DNA of 45,436 bases, counting the filler, from Catajapyx aquilonaris (taxonomy: Eukaryota): assembly GCA_000934665.2 (NCBI GenBank). It is 2 parts of 2 records of this genome, joined end to end, with 100 filler letters (N's around TTAATTAATTAA, not from the genome) between each part and the next. Parts side by side here need not be neighbours in the genome. Positions count along the whole stretch, not along the records: positions 22,783 to 45,436 come from JYFJ02005834.1; 1 more part is not named here. One strand, given 5' to 3'. A program made the position numbers and the translations under genes. The stretch's first letter is position 1, and every line of letters starts with the position of its first letter. Below, piece by piece: positions 27,101 through 36,400 of the stretch. The notes beneath the pieces were generated by a model. The model did not search any database, was not told the DNA's origin, and saw only the letters and a program-made list of their open reading frames with translations.

Positions 27101-27790
27101 ATTATGTGTACATTTCAGCATGGTTTTTGAACTTCCGGTGAACACCGTCTTCTGCTTAGTAATAATGGATCGAACCGAAGGAATTATGGCTCGAACATGG
27201 ACAGCAGGTATATTGTCCTTGAAGATCATTTTCTTGAATAAAATGTGCCTGTTTAATAACACATGACAAACTTGATAGGCCTACTTTTCATTTCAGGTGT
27301 GTCTGACGCAGGGTTTTTGGTGAGCGAGTTTCTTCTGCAGTTGACATTCCTGGTCCTGCAGCTGATTCCTCTTCTGCCGTTTATGTACTGGTGTCTCGAC
27401 ATAGTGTCCACTGCTGTGTTGAAATGGTTCGTTGTCCTATTGGCGATTGAAGGAGTTTGTTCAGTGACAGTCAGTCTGTTCCTGGCCATGCATCTTCCCA
27501 GCATCACTGTGGCAGGTGGTGTGTCACTAGCCATCAGCCTGGCTCTCTGGATCTTGAGCGGTGCCATATGGCCCCTGGAAGCCATCAGTGTCGGAGTGCT
27601 GAAAGTGATATGCTGGACCAGTCCTGTCACCTGGTTCGCCGAAGCATACCGCGATGTACTGATACGAGGACATGGCATCACCCACAGCACCGTGATGTAC
27701 ACTTGTGCATACGCGGCTATCCTCACAGTCGTCTCATTTTTGGGTGTCATTGTTACATTTAGATACCAAAAGTTCAAGTATGTGAAATAG
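24162..27790 (+). CDS. ABCH: ABC transporter subfamily H half-transporter (NBD-TMD; often labelled 'ABC transporter G family member 20/23-like'), 10 coding exons, 682 aa
   Basis: Exons 24162-24280, 24460-24882, 24940-25172, 25284-25407, 25526-25730, 25798-25975, 26596-26711, 26956-27023, 27119-27207 and 27297-27790. All introns are GT-AG and phase-compatible; the total is 2049 nt = 682 aa + stop. Motifs: N-terminal VIVRNACKKYG, Walker A GESGSGKT, Q-loop GYMPQE, signature LSGGQQRRVS, Walker B/D-loop LLILDEPTVGVD, H-loop IITTHY. TMD hallmarks: PTFQHFLLPG, DRTEGIMARTWTAGV, LSGAIWPLE. The NBD-first order and these motifs match arthropod ABCH. Confidence 0.92.
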
Positions 27791-28189
27791 CAATGATTCA
27801 CACCCCTGTAATATTGGCACGGACACAATCATCCAGCAGGTACAGTATATTGTCAGAACATACTGTTGCTGAATCAGTAAGATCTGGAAGCTGTACATAT
27901 AGAGTGTTCATTAAATCAATACCCTATATCAATTTTTTTTACCTGTTGGAGAGATGTGTATTATATTATGTTCACCTATACAATAAATAAGGTGAGTGCA
28001 TTATTCTTGGTGGAGGTATAGTAATTTATTTTGTTATAATATTGCAGTGGAAATATATCTAATGCTGTCAGGCCCAAACCTTTGGCCCAAACGACCTCAT
28101 CGCCCCCTTTTCTTTCTAGTAGACGACAGAATAGCTTTATGACCTCCAAAAATAGTTTTAATAGGCTGCCTAGTAATGTGCTCAAATCA

Positions 28190-28563
28190 AACCGCCCGCC
28201 AATGGAGCCCACCAGCCGCCATCTTGAATTAAGTTGCGATATGAGCTCATGTCATTATAATTTTTAAATTAATATTATTTTGCTACATAATTTTAGCTAA
28301 CACAATTATATTTATAATTTAAGTAATAAAATAACAAATATAGTGTATCTCGCCTGCGCCAATCAATACTCGGAAAAGAACAACAAAAAATCGTCAGAAG
28401 GGGAATGGCGGTCGGAGAGTGAGGTAAGTTCGATTCTTGCTCTGCGGAGGAAAATGGCCGTAAAACTCTTCCGGTCTGTTCAACCCGCCTTTTATTGCAG
28501 GGCTGAAGGTGCAGAAGGACAGGGCCAGGCTGCATTGTACAAATCACTGGGTTGCAGCTGCAG
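28190..28563. promoter_or_regulatory. Putative housekeeping-type promoter with 5' UTR exons for the Myb/SANT gene
   Basis: GC-rich island with CCAAT boxes (about 28199, 28359), YY1-type GCCGCCATCTTG (28215) and AAAATGGCCG (28451), a strong donor GAG|GTAAGT (28423/28424) and a candidate small exon 28501-28563. Confidence 0.45.
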
Positions 28564-28969
28564 GTACGGCTCATTTCCACATAATGGAACACTTACAGAT
28601 TTTGAAGCTGAAGTGTTCCATTCTATAGAATTTCTGATAGCATTTACCTGATATTAAGGGTTCAGAAAGTAATTTATTTTTATCTGATTAGTACTTATGA
28701 ATAATAATTATGTGCAATGGTGCACTGAATTTTCAGATATGTCAGCTTATTGGTGGTTCAGTTGCTCGGTGCTCAATGCGATGTATGCAAGTTTTATAAC
28801 ATGTATTTCGTCGTTGCTGATCAAACATATGTTACCCAGATGGATGATGCTGATGAAATACAGTCTGTTCAAATTTTCGCATTGATGCAATATGACATTC
28901 GAATTATTATTTTTTTAAAGAGGATTCTATGCCTCAATTATTGTTGAATATCGTGTTATTCTTTCAATT

Positions 28970-29266
28970 GTCACCATGGTTACAGGGAGGGGGGTCATTG
29001 CCCTTGTAAACCAAGCCTGTTCCGGAACATCTGTTTGGTTGCCAGGGATACAGCACGGACGAGGGGACAGTGTTGCCAATCGGCATTGTTGTTTCATTTG
29101 CACGTGAAAAGTTTGTTGACACGAAACAAAAGAATGTGACAGCGCATTCTTGTTGATGGATTGGCAACGCTGTTGCCTGTAGCAACCAAGCAGTGACTCA
29201 GTTCCGGAATTGGTTGGGTTTGTTAGGTGCTGTGCAAGTAACACCAGAAAGGCAACTGTTACTGAG
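28970..29266 (+). promoter_or_regulatory. Putative X-box-rich promoter and first non-coding exon of the Myb/SANT gene
   Basis: GTCACCATGGTTAC (28970), GTTGCCAGGGATAC (29038), GTTGCCTGTAGCAAC (29172), Inr-type TCAGTT (29198) and donor GAG|GTACGT (29266/29267). An acceptor TTTTGCCCAG at 30503 precedes the coding exon. Confidence 0.5.
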
Positions 29267-29490
29267 GTACGTGTGGGCGTGAAAGTCTTAAGGTTTGGCT
29301 GTGCGTACTGGTACTTGTTGCATTGCCCTTGGCCAGTGGATGGATTACTTGTGACTATTTTCAGATACAAAATCCATGGTAATTCTATAAGATGTAGAGT
29401 GCTGCAATGTAATAATTATAAACGTGTAATATTTTTTGTCAGTAATCACATTTCAATTTTGTCAACCTGACCAATATCAACCACAAATTT

Positions 29491-29810
29491 AAGTAGAACT
29501 CCGATTATCCGACTCCTCGGTTTCTCCGACTATCCCGCTCCTGCGATATATCTGCTTTCTTATCAAATACTGTAATGTACTAATTTGTTTCGTATTGCCT
29601 TAGTTAAATTGTGAATACAGTACAGTAGAGTGTGTATGTAAAAGATAAATACTTCGGAAAACCATAATATTGTACATTATTTCATGTTCTTATGTTTTTT
29701 TGTTGTGTCTCATTAAAGTTTTCTTGCCTCCTCGGATTATCCGACCTTTTTTTATGTTCTGACCATGCTCCTGTCCCATGGGTGACGGATAATCGGGGAT
29801 CTATACTGTA
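29491..29810. mobile_element. Tc1/mariner(pogo)-like MITE relic
   Basis: Left AAGTAGAACTCCGATTATCCG. The right end CGGATAATCGGGGATCTATACTGTA reverse-complements to TACAGTATAGATCCCCGATTATCCG. There is an internal subterminal repeat CTCGGATTATCCGAC. CAGT-type end next to TA. Confidence 0.65.
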
Positions 29811-30611
29811 CTTTTCACCCCCTACCCCACTTCCTCTCTTATTATTCAACCGTGCTGGTATTAAAATGTTGTCAAATGTCTACAGTTCTAATGGAGATCA
29901 TTTTTAGTTTAAATATTGTATCATGAACCTGGTTTGTGAAATTTTGTGAAGTGTAAGCACTCCTTGCTTGTCTGGTGTGTGCAGGCTCAAGCCTGAGGGG
30001 GTGAAAAGTAGCCCACCCTGTTCCCAAAAATTGTGTGTTATTGCCTTCGTATATGGTTTTATTGAATTATGTTGTGTTAAAATATGTTGTAGAATTATAT
30101 TTTGCATTTTGTTTTCCTACTTTACACACAAGTTGCATGGGGTGTTTTTCAAAATGTATGTTCCTGCCTTCCTGGATGATTGCTACTTCTTGCATGTGCT
30201 TATGGCCACAATTATGCGAATTGTCCTCAAATGGAGGTACACTGACCTGTAAAACTGTACTTGTAAGTCTTACCTAAACCATTTCACCATGATATGCTGG
30301 GTTCAATTTATGTTTGTATGAAACCATGATTTTCTAACCAGTGCCAGTGATAGGTGATTTTGGAGACACCATGTGCAACTTACTATAATATTTGTTTGAA
30401 ATTTATTGCCCATTCTGTTGTATTCTGCATGGCACCACTAATTATGATTGCTGTAGCTGCACTGCAAGTATTGAGATTTTGCGCATGTGTTTATTTTGCC
30501 CAGGCTGTTCACCCCCAAAGTCCCTCTGAGTCAGGTAGAAGCGATTGTGGATAAGACTTCTCAGTTGTGCCAGCAGTGCCGTAGGGGACTACAGGTTGTT
30601 AAGCCTCAACC

Positions 30612-33600
30612 ATGGAAGGAAAAGCAAAGTGCAAGCGGCTGCCTAATTGGAGTAAGAAGGAGGTGGAAGTTCTCATCCAACACCTCAAAGAAAATGAAGA
30701 TTTGGCCTTGGGGAAGTACTGCAACACAATTCCTAATTCAGCGGCTTTGAGTTTGGCTTGGGAACACGCAGCAGAAAGGGTTAAGAGAGAATCAGGGATA
30801 AACAGGACTGGAAAGAATGCACGTGACAAGTGGGCCTACATGAAGTATCAGGTATTGTTGAAGTCAATAATTTTAATTGCGATTGTACAGTTGGAATATG
30901 GGTTGAACATTTAACATTTTAACCTATGCATTGCTCCATGCTTCACAGCTTAAGAAGAAAGTCAGGAAACACTACCAATCGGCTCCAGATAACCAGAGTT
31001 ATGGTGATGCAGCAACTCCACCTTTTCCGGCTCGAACTGATATTGAGAAAGACATCCTGCATTTTTTGGTGCTAGCTGGGGAAGTACTACGGGAGGACAT
31101 AAATTTTACCAGGTAGGCAACTCCATTGTGAACAGGACAATTTCATTGCATTAGCTCAGCAGTTCCTGCATTTACATTATTTTGCACATTGTAAGGTAAT
31201 TCACAACTCTTGTCTGAAAGTCAGCCATGCCTTATCACACATTTCATCACACATGAAAATATTCACATCAATTAATTGATAACGAAACATTTTGTGGTGG
31301 AGGTTTTAGCTCAAAATAATTAAGATGCATGTTGTTCTACTGACCTCCGGTTTCCACTTACACCATTGCGCCACACTTTTTATCACAGTAGATAGAAACT
31401 GTGGCTGATGAAATACAAATCTTGCACCAAAATTATTGAAATTACTCACCATGTCAGCAGATTGACTTAGTAAACTACTCCACTCACTGTCAGTACATCC
31501 TTCTCTTGGTAAATTTGCAGATACTTGTTTTGATCATGAAAACTAGAGCAAGTGCAATTAAGAAAATTGAAGTGTTTGATTGTTACTTACGATAGAATTT
31601 TAATTGCGCAAATGCTTAATTTAAAAGGTTGCATGTGTAGTAATTTCTTAAATATAATTTAGGTAGCAGGTATTCTCCCAATTCCAGCAAAGTACGAGGG
31701 CCTTTCTAAATTGATTTACAATTATTTATTTGCCAAAAATACAGGACCCATGGAGGTAGGCAGATAGGCACACTTTATTGATAGAACCCTCTTGGAACCG
31801 AATTCAGATACCATGCTGCTTTAAGAACACTGCTGAGGTCTTAACCCTTAACTACGTAGGTGGCTGAAACACCTTTAACTACGTAGGTGGAGCCTGGGCG
31901 GCTCCAATGGTATATTTAAATCTCTGTATATCAGCTCAATTGTTATATTGGACTTTTCACATACAGAAAGTGCAGTTCAGATCATTAGGCTTCTGGAAAC
32001 GTAAAAATCACACGCTGAGTCTGCATATTCCGACAGAAAATAATTCGTAACGAAGAACAGGTCCCACCTGGAGCCGCTCAGGCTCCACCTACGTAGTAAA
32101 GGGTGCCGTCGTTTTCCCTATTCAGACGCTCGCCACGGAGATAGGGAAAACGACAGCACCCTTTACTACATAGGTGGAGCCTGAGCGGCTCCAAGGTGGG
32201 ACCTGTTCCTCGTTACGAACTTTTTTCAGCCTAACAATGGCCAGTAAATTTTTTTTCATCTTCTTTTCATGCTTAGGAAGGTTTTTGTGACAAAGTTACG
32301 GAAGGACAGGGGGAAAAAACATTTAATTAAAAAGTTACATGCATTTAAATAGCGGTTGGAGCCTCTCAGGCTCCACCTAGGTAGTTAAGGGTTAATCACT
32401 TCATGTGTCATTGCCATGCCACTTTCAATGATGCCACTTTTGCCACTGGCAGTGTTGCAGCAAACCGTGACTCAGACCAGGCCATCAAAGAGGAACCCAC
32501 CGAAGTCAATGAGTCTGCCGATGGCAACGTTGATTCCAATGCTCCAGGGCCTCTAGGAGGTGGTCATCTTACTGCTCCAGGGCCTTCAGGAGGTGGTAAT
32601 TGTCCTGCTCCAGGGCCTTCAGGAGGTGGTCATCGTCCTGCTCCAAGGCCTCTAAGTGTTGGTCATCTTACTGCTCCAGGGCCTTCAGGAGGTGGTAATT
32701 GTCCTTCTCCAGGGCCTTCAGGAAGTGGTCATCGTCCGGCTCCAAGGCCTCTAAGTGGTGGTCATCTTACTGCTCCAGGGCCTTCAGGAGGTGGTCATCA
32801 TTCTGCTCTAGGACCTATAAGAGGTGGTAATCGTCCAGCTCCAGGGCCTATAAGAGGTGGTCATCGTCCTGGTCCAAGGGCTCTAGGAGGTGGTCATCGC
32901 CCTGCTTCAGGGCCTCTAGGAGGTAGTCATCATACTGCTCCTATGGAAATTGAAACTGCGGCTGCCAACAGTGTTAGCAGAATCAAGACTGAGAGACTTG
33001 CCACCAGTACTGAGGGGGGTAATGTTGCACAAAGGGAGAATTACTCACCTGCACCCACCAACTCACAGCTGAGCATCCTGAGCCAGGAGAGTGGAGGGAT
33101 GGCAGACCAGGGAGTAGCAAGTGCCGATTTGTCTCAGTTTATGATGCAAGTAAGTGTTACCAGTACTACCAGTACTAGAGATCCCTGTTACATGTTAGTA
33201 ATATTAGTCACTAAATGTTTGTTTTCCTAATGCCCTTAATTCTTAATTGTGCAGAGTACTGCATGGCAAGCAACTGTGATGAACCATTTGGATAAACAAG
33301 CAAATACCATGAGCATCTGGGAGCAAGAGCGAGCAAATATGATGAGCACCTGGGAGCAAGAGCGAGCAAATATGATGAGCACCTGGGAGCAAGAGCGAGC
33401 AAATATGATGAGCACCCGGGAGCAAGAGCAGGCAAATATGATGAGCACCTTGGAGCAACTGCAAGAAAAGTTGATGAGCACCTTGGAGCAACACCGTGAA
33501 GAGGTCACGAGCACCTTGGAACAACGGCAAAAAGAGATGATGGAGCAACAACAGGCTGCCATTAATGCTTTTACCGAGGCATATAACCTCTTTAGAACCG

Positions 33601-33617
33601 GAGGACAACAACTGTGA
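30612..33617 (+). CDS. Myb/SANT-like DNA-binding domain protein (Myb_DNA-bind_5/MSANTD type, Harbinger-Myb related) with a Gly/Pro-rich tandem repeat and a C-terminal 11-residue coiled-coil repeat, 4 coding exons, 487 aa
   Basis: Exons 30612-30851, 30949-31112, 32453-33149 and 33255-33617 (GT-AG, phases 0/2/0, 1464 nt). An in-frame stop lies upstream of the ATG. The N-terminus KRLPNWSKKEVEVLIQ...AWEHAAERVKRESGINRTGKNARDKWAYMKYQLKKK has the three-Trp trihelix pattern of Myb/SANT-like domains. Confidence 0.85.
31845..32391. mobile_element. Non-autonomous piggyBac-like element (MITE), compound structure
   Basis: TTAA at 31841-31844 and 32392-32395 flank the termini CCCTTAACTACGTAGGTGG... and ...CCACCTAGGTAGTTAAGGG. 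TTAA duplication plus CCC/GGG ends is characteristic of piggyBac. Further TIR copies occur internally (about 31872, 32070-32103 and 32159-32193). No ORF. Confidence 0.85.
32541..32936 (+). repeat. Coding 33-bp minisatellite, 12 units (consensus APGPSGGGHRP)
   Basis: Unit GCTCCAGGGCCTTCAGGAGGTGGTCATCGTCCT, with no indels across 396 nt. Confidence 0.95.
33309..33539 (+). repeat. Coding 33-bp minisatellite, 7 units (consensus MSTWEQERANM)
   Basis: Unit ATGAGCACCTGGGAGCAAGAGCGAGCAAATATG. The first units are near-identical and later ones diverge. Confidence 0.95.
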
Positions 33618-35310
33618 AAGTCCAGTACCTGATATTGGCATTAATCTGTGATCCTGGATTTGACAAAATGCTGCTAAGGAAGGGAGGCTTAGGGTGTTTT
33701 TTGTTCTTGTTTTTGTTTTTGTTTTGAGAAATGTTACATGAGAAATGACCTGTCATGTTCACATCCAGCCATAACAGAGAGAGAGTTTTCTGGATTGAAA
33801 GTTTTAAGGCATATGTTCCTAATATGCTTCCTTGTGAAGAATGTTTTGATTTAATTTTAATTTTCAAGGCCATGTTCTTCATTTATTTTGATGTATATGT
33901 TGAATGTTTTTTTTTTTGTTTTTTTTGCTCATGTTCTTAAGTTATTATTCGAAATGTGAAATGCTTGAGTTTAATAGTGGAAGGCTGTGATAAGAGGCTG
34001 TATACATGGTCTTGTTGGATATTGTATTTTAAATATTTATTTGCAAAGTCCTAGTTGATGATTTGAGTTGCAATTTGAAGTCTAACTGTGCTTATTTGGA
34101 TATTTTGAAGTCCCATTTTAAGTTTGAACAATAGTAGTGGAAAGTGGAAACCTTATAATTCTCTGGTTTGAGTTTTAATTTCATTTCGTGTCTATGGAGG
34201 CTACACAAAATTATTTTTCCAAGAGTAAACATATTTTAAGTTTTAATCACATTTGGCAATGTATATTGATTCACTGCTTGTCAAGTTTTTTTTTTTAAGC
34301 AAAGTCTTTGGTTATCAGAGTTTTAATTCTAACTCCATGTCCTTTAGTTATTTGTTTGAAAGTGTCAATCTGAATTTGAATGAGAGTAGTGGAATGTGAA
34401 GTTAATGAAATTTCAAGCCTGTGTACCTGAAATATATTTTTTGCAGAGATTATATTAAAATGTCAGTGGGATTTGACTAATGTTTTAATAGGTTTTAAAA
34501 AACAGTATGTTTGGGGGACATGACTGTATTGTCTTCCCCAGCTGTCCGTGTGAAACTATATGCTTCCAGTGGTTTAATCTCACAACACTGATTTACGAGG
34601 ACAAAACGTTGCTTTCCATTGTCATTGTCAGTAAATAATTTATTTTCGTATTGTTTCATGAGGTTTCATGAAAGATGTAATCAGCCAGTATTGTCTGTAA
34701 TTGTTATTCTGGATTCCCACTGTTGGGCATTGATGTATTCATCTTGATGGGCTCACCTTGTTGAGATACAACTCTGTGCAGCAACTGAGCCACCAATCCA
34801 TGCAGTCGTGTACTATTGGTTCGATTTCAATAACAATGTAATTACCTTTGAAACAGATGTGCATGAGAGAGTAGTTTTTACTGAGAGTGTAGTTTTAAAC
34901 TGCCAAATTTTTTCATAGCTTGTATAATTATCTGAGAATTCCTTAGTAGAATATTCAACAACAGAGTGCTGAATGCATGCATCTGATTTGGAACTTGTAA
35001 AATACACATGTTCATTGACTCAAGTTCGTTCTGATGTGACAGGTTTGTTTACCGACTTCAGAAAGACTAACCCTTACTGGCGTGCGGGATGTGGCAGGGG
35101 ACGTGGTGGCTGGGGGCAGCTTGGCTATGTCGCAAAGGCAGATTGATTTTTTGGATTTTGGAAGGGGTATGCTGTACCAACCTAACCTAACCTTCCTTCC
35201 TTGCGGATACAGACCTATCTTAGCGACACAGCCCGCTGCCCCCACCGACTACTACCCTCCCGCCTCCTGCACGCCAGTAAGAGCAAGTACAGCCCCGACT
35301 TAAAGAGGAC

Positions 35311-35324
35311 ATCTCCATGGAAAC
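35311..35324. promoter_or_regulatory. RFX X-box upstream of ARL6/BBS3
   Basis: ATCTCC-AT-GGAAAC fits the X-box consensus known from ciliary gene promoters and lies ~430 bp upstream of the ATG. Forkhead-type GTAAACAA sites (35382, 35454) and the CRE TGACGTCA (35395) follow. Confidence 0.7.
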
Positions 35325-35756
35325 AGGCAAAGTGGAAGGTTCCAGAGGTGCATTTGGCAGATTTCCGTTGAGTAGGAGTCGGTAAACAAAACGATGACGT
35401 CAGATCGCGGACTTTATGATTGATGGCTGTCTGAGGACAGGGAGTTCTGGACTGTAAACAAATCCCACTTGATTTCTCTGCGGAAAACCTTTATTTTAAT
35501 TGTTGGTAATATTTTATCTGTATCATTGTCAATAACCTAGTAACCGTTGTAACTTTTAGCAGGAGGAAGAAAAACCAACCCATTGTTTCTGCTGTGAAAT
35601 CCGATAGTATTTGTTTTACGGATTGTAAGTTCTGAGCTCTCTTCCCTGTATAAACTGATTTTTGATATGAAGCTTTAACAACTCATGCAGTGCAATAATA
35701 AGGCATTTAATTTCATTGTGCAGTTGTGTTTTTCATTGCTTAGATTGTGAGGCAAA

Positions 35757-36400
35757 ATGGGCTTGTTTGACAAGCTTGCAAATGCACTAGGACTGCGTCG
35801 TCGGGAAGTCAACGTCATTGTGGTTGGCCTGGACAACAGTGGGAAGTCCACTGTCCTGAACCACTTCAAGCCAGAGGATCAGAAAGCAAATGACATTGTG
35901 CCCACTGTTGGATACAATGTGGAGAAGTTCAGAAGTATGTGTCATGAGAGTTTCATTTCTGTGTCTTCAAATTATTGTACAGAAGGTAATGAGATTTGTT
36001 TTTTGCAGACAAGAGCTTGAGCTTCACTGCGTTCGACATGTCTGGCCAAGGCCGGTACCGCAGCCTATGGGAGCACTACTACCGTGAGTGCCAAGGCATC
36101 ATCTTTGTAGTAGACAGCAGCGATCGTTTGCGGCTTGTGGTTGCACGGGATGAGCTTGATCTCCTCCTGCAGCACCCAGAGCTGCGCCACCGTCGCCTCC
36201 CTATTCTCTTCCTGGCTAATAAGATGGACGTTAGGGATGCTCTTTCTAGTGTCAAGATATCTGCAGCTTTAGGGTTGGAGAGGGTGGCAGACAAGCCATG
36301 GCACATCTGCGCCACTAATGGTCTGACTGGGGAAGGGCTGCAGGAGGGGGTCGAATGGCTCACTGGACAGATCAGGGATCTGCTTGATTCCAAGAGGTAG
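35757..36400 (+). CDS. ARL6: ADP-ribosylation factor-like protein 6 (BBS3), small GTPase, 2 coding exons, 189 aa
   Basis: Exons 35757-35934 and 36009-36400 (phase 1 GT-AG intron, 570 nt). Motifs: MGLFDKL myristoylation-type N-terminus, G1 GLDNSGKS, G2 IVPTVG, G3 in the ARL6-typical [14 protein letters not shown]4 NKMD, DSSDRLR and KPWHICA. Confidence 0.96.

Noticed and set aside
32541..33539. 33-bp periodic arrays as a CRISPR-like array or collagen
   Set aside because: They are contiguous tandem units with no unique spacers in a eukaryotic coding context, and there is no Gly-X-Y triplet register.
33211..33641. Minus-strand repeat ORFs (LALAPRCSSY, CSQVLIIFAR, LLPGAHHICS)
   Set aside because: Alternative-frame readings of the 33-bp coding repeat; the plus frame is the one that splices to the Myb exons.
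33620..35000. Possible Harbinger DDE transposase partner next to the Myb gene
   Set aside because: AT-rich UTR-like sequence with no DDE motifs or long ORF on either strand.
35177..35193. CCTAACCTAACC telomere-like motif
   Set aside because: Only 2-3 units; too short to call interstitial telomere.
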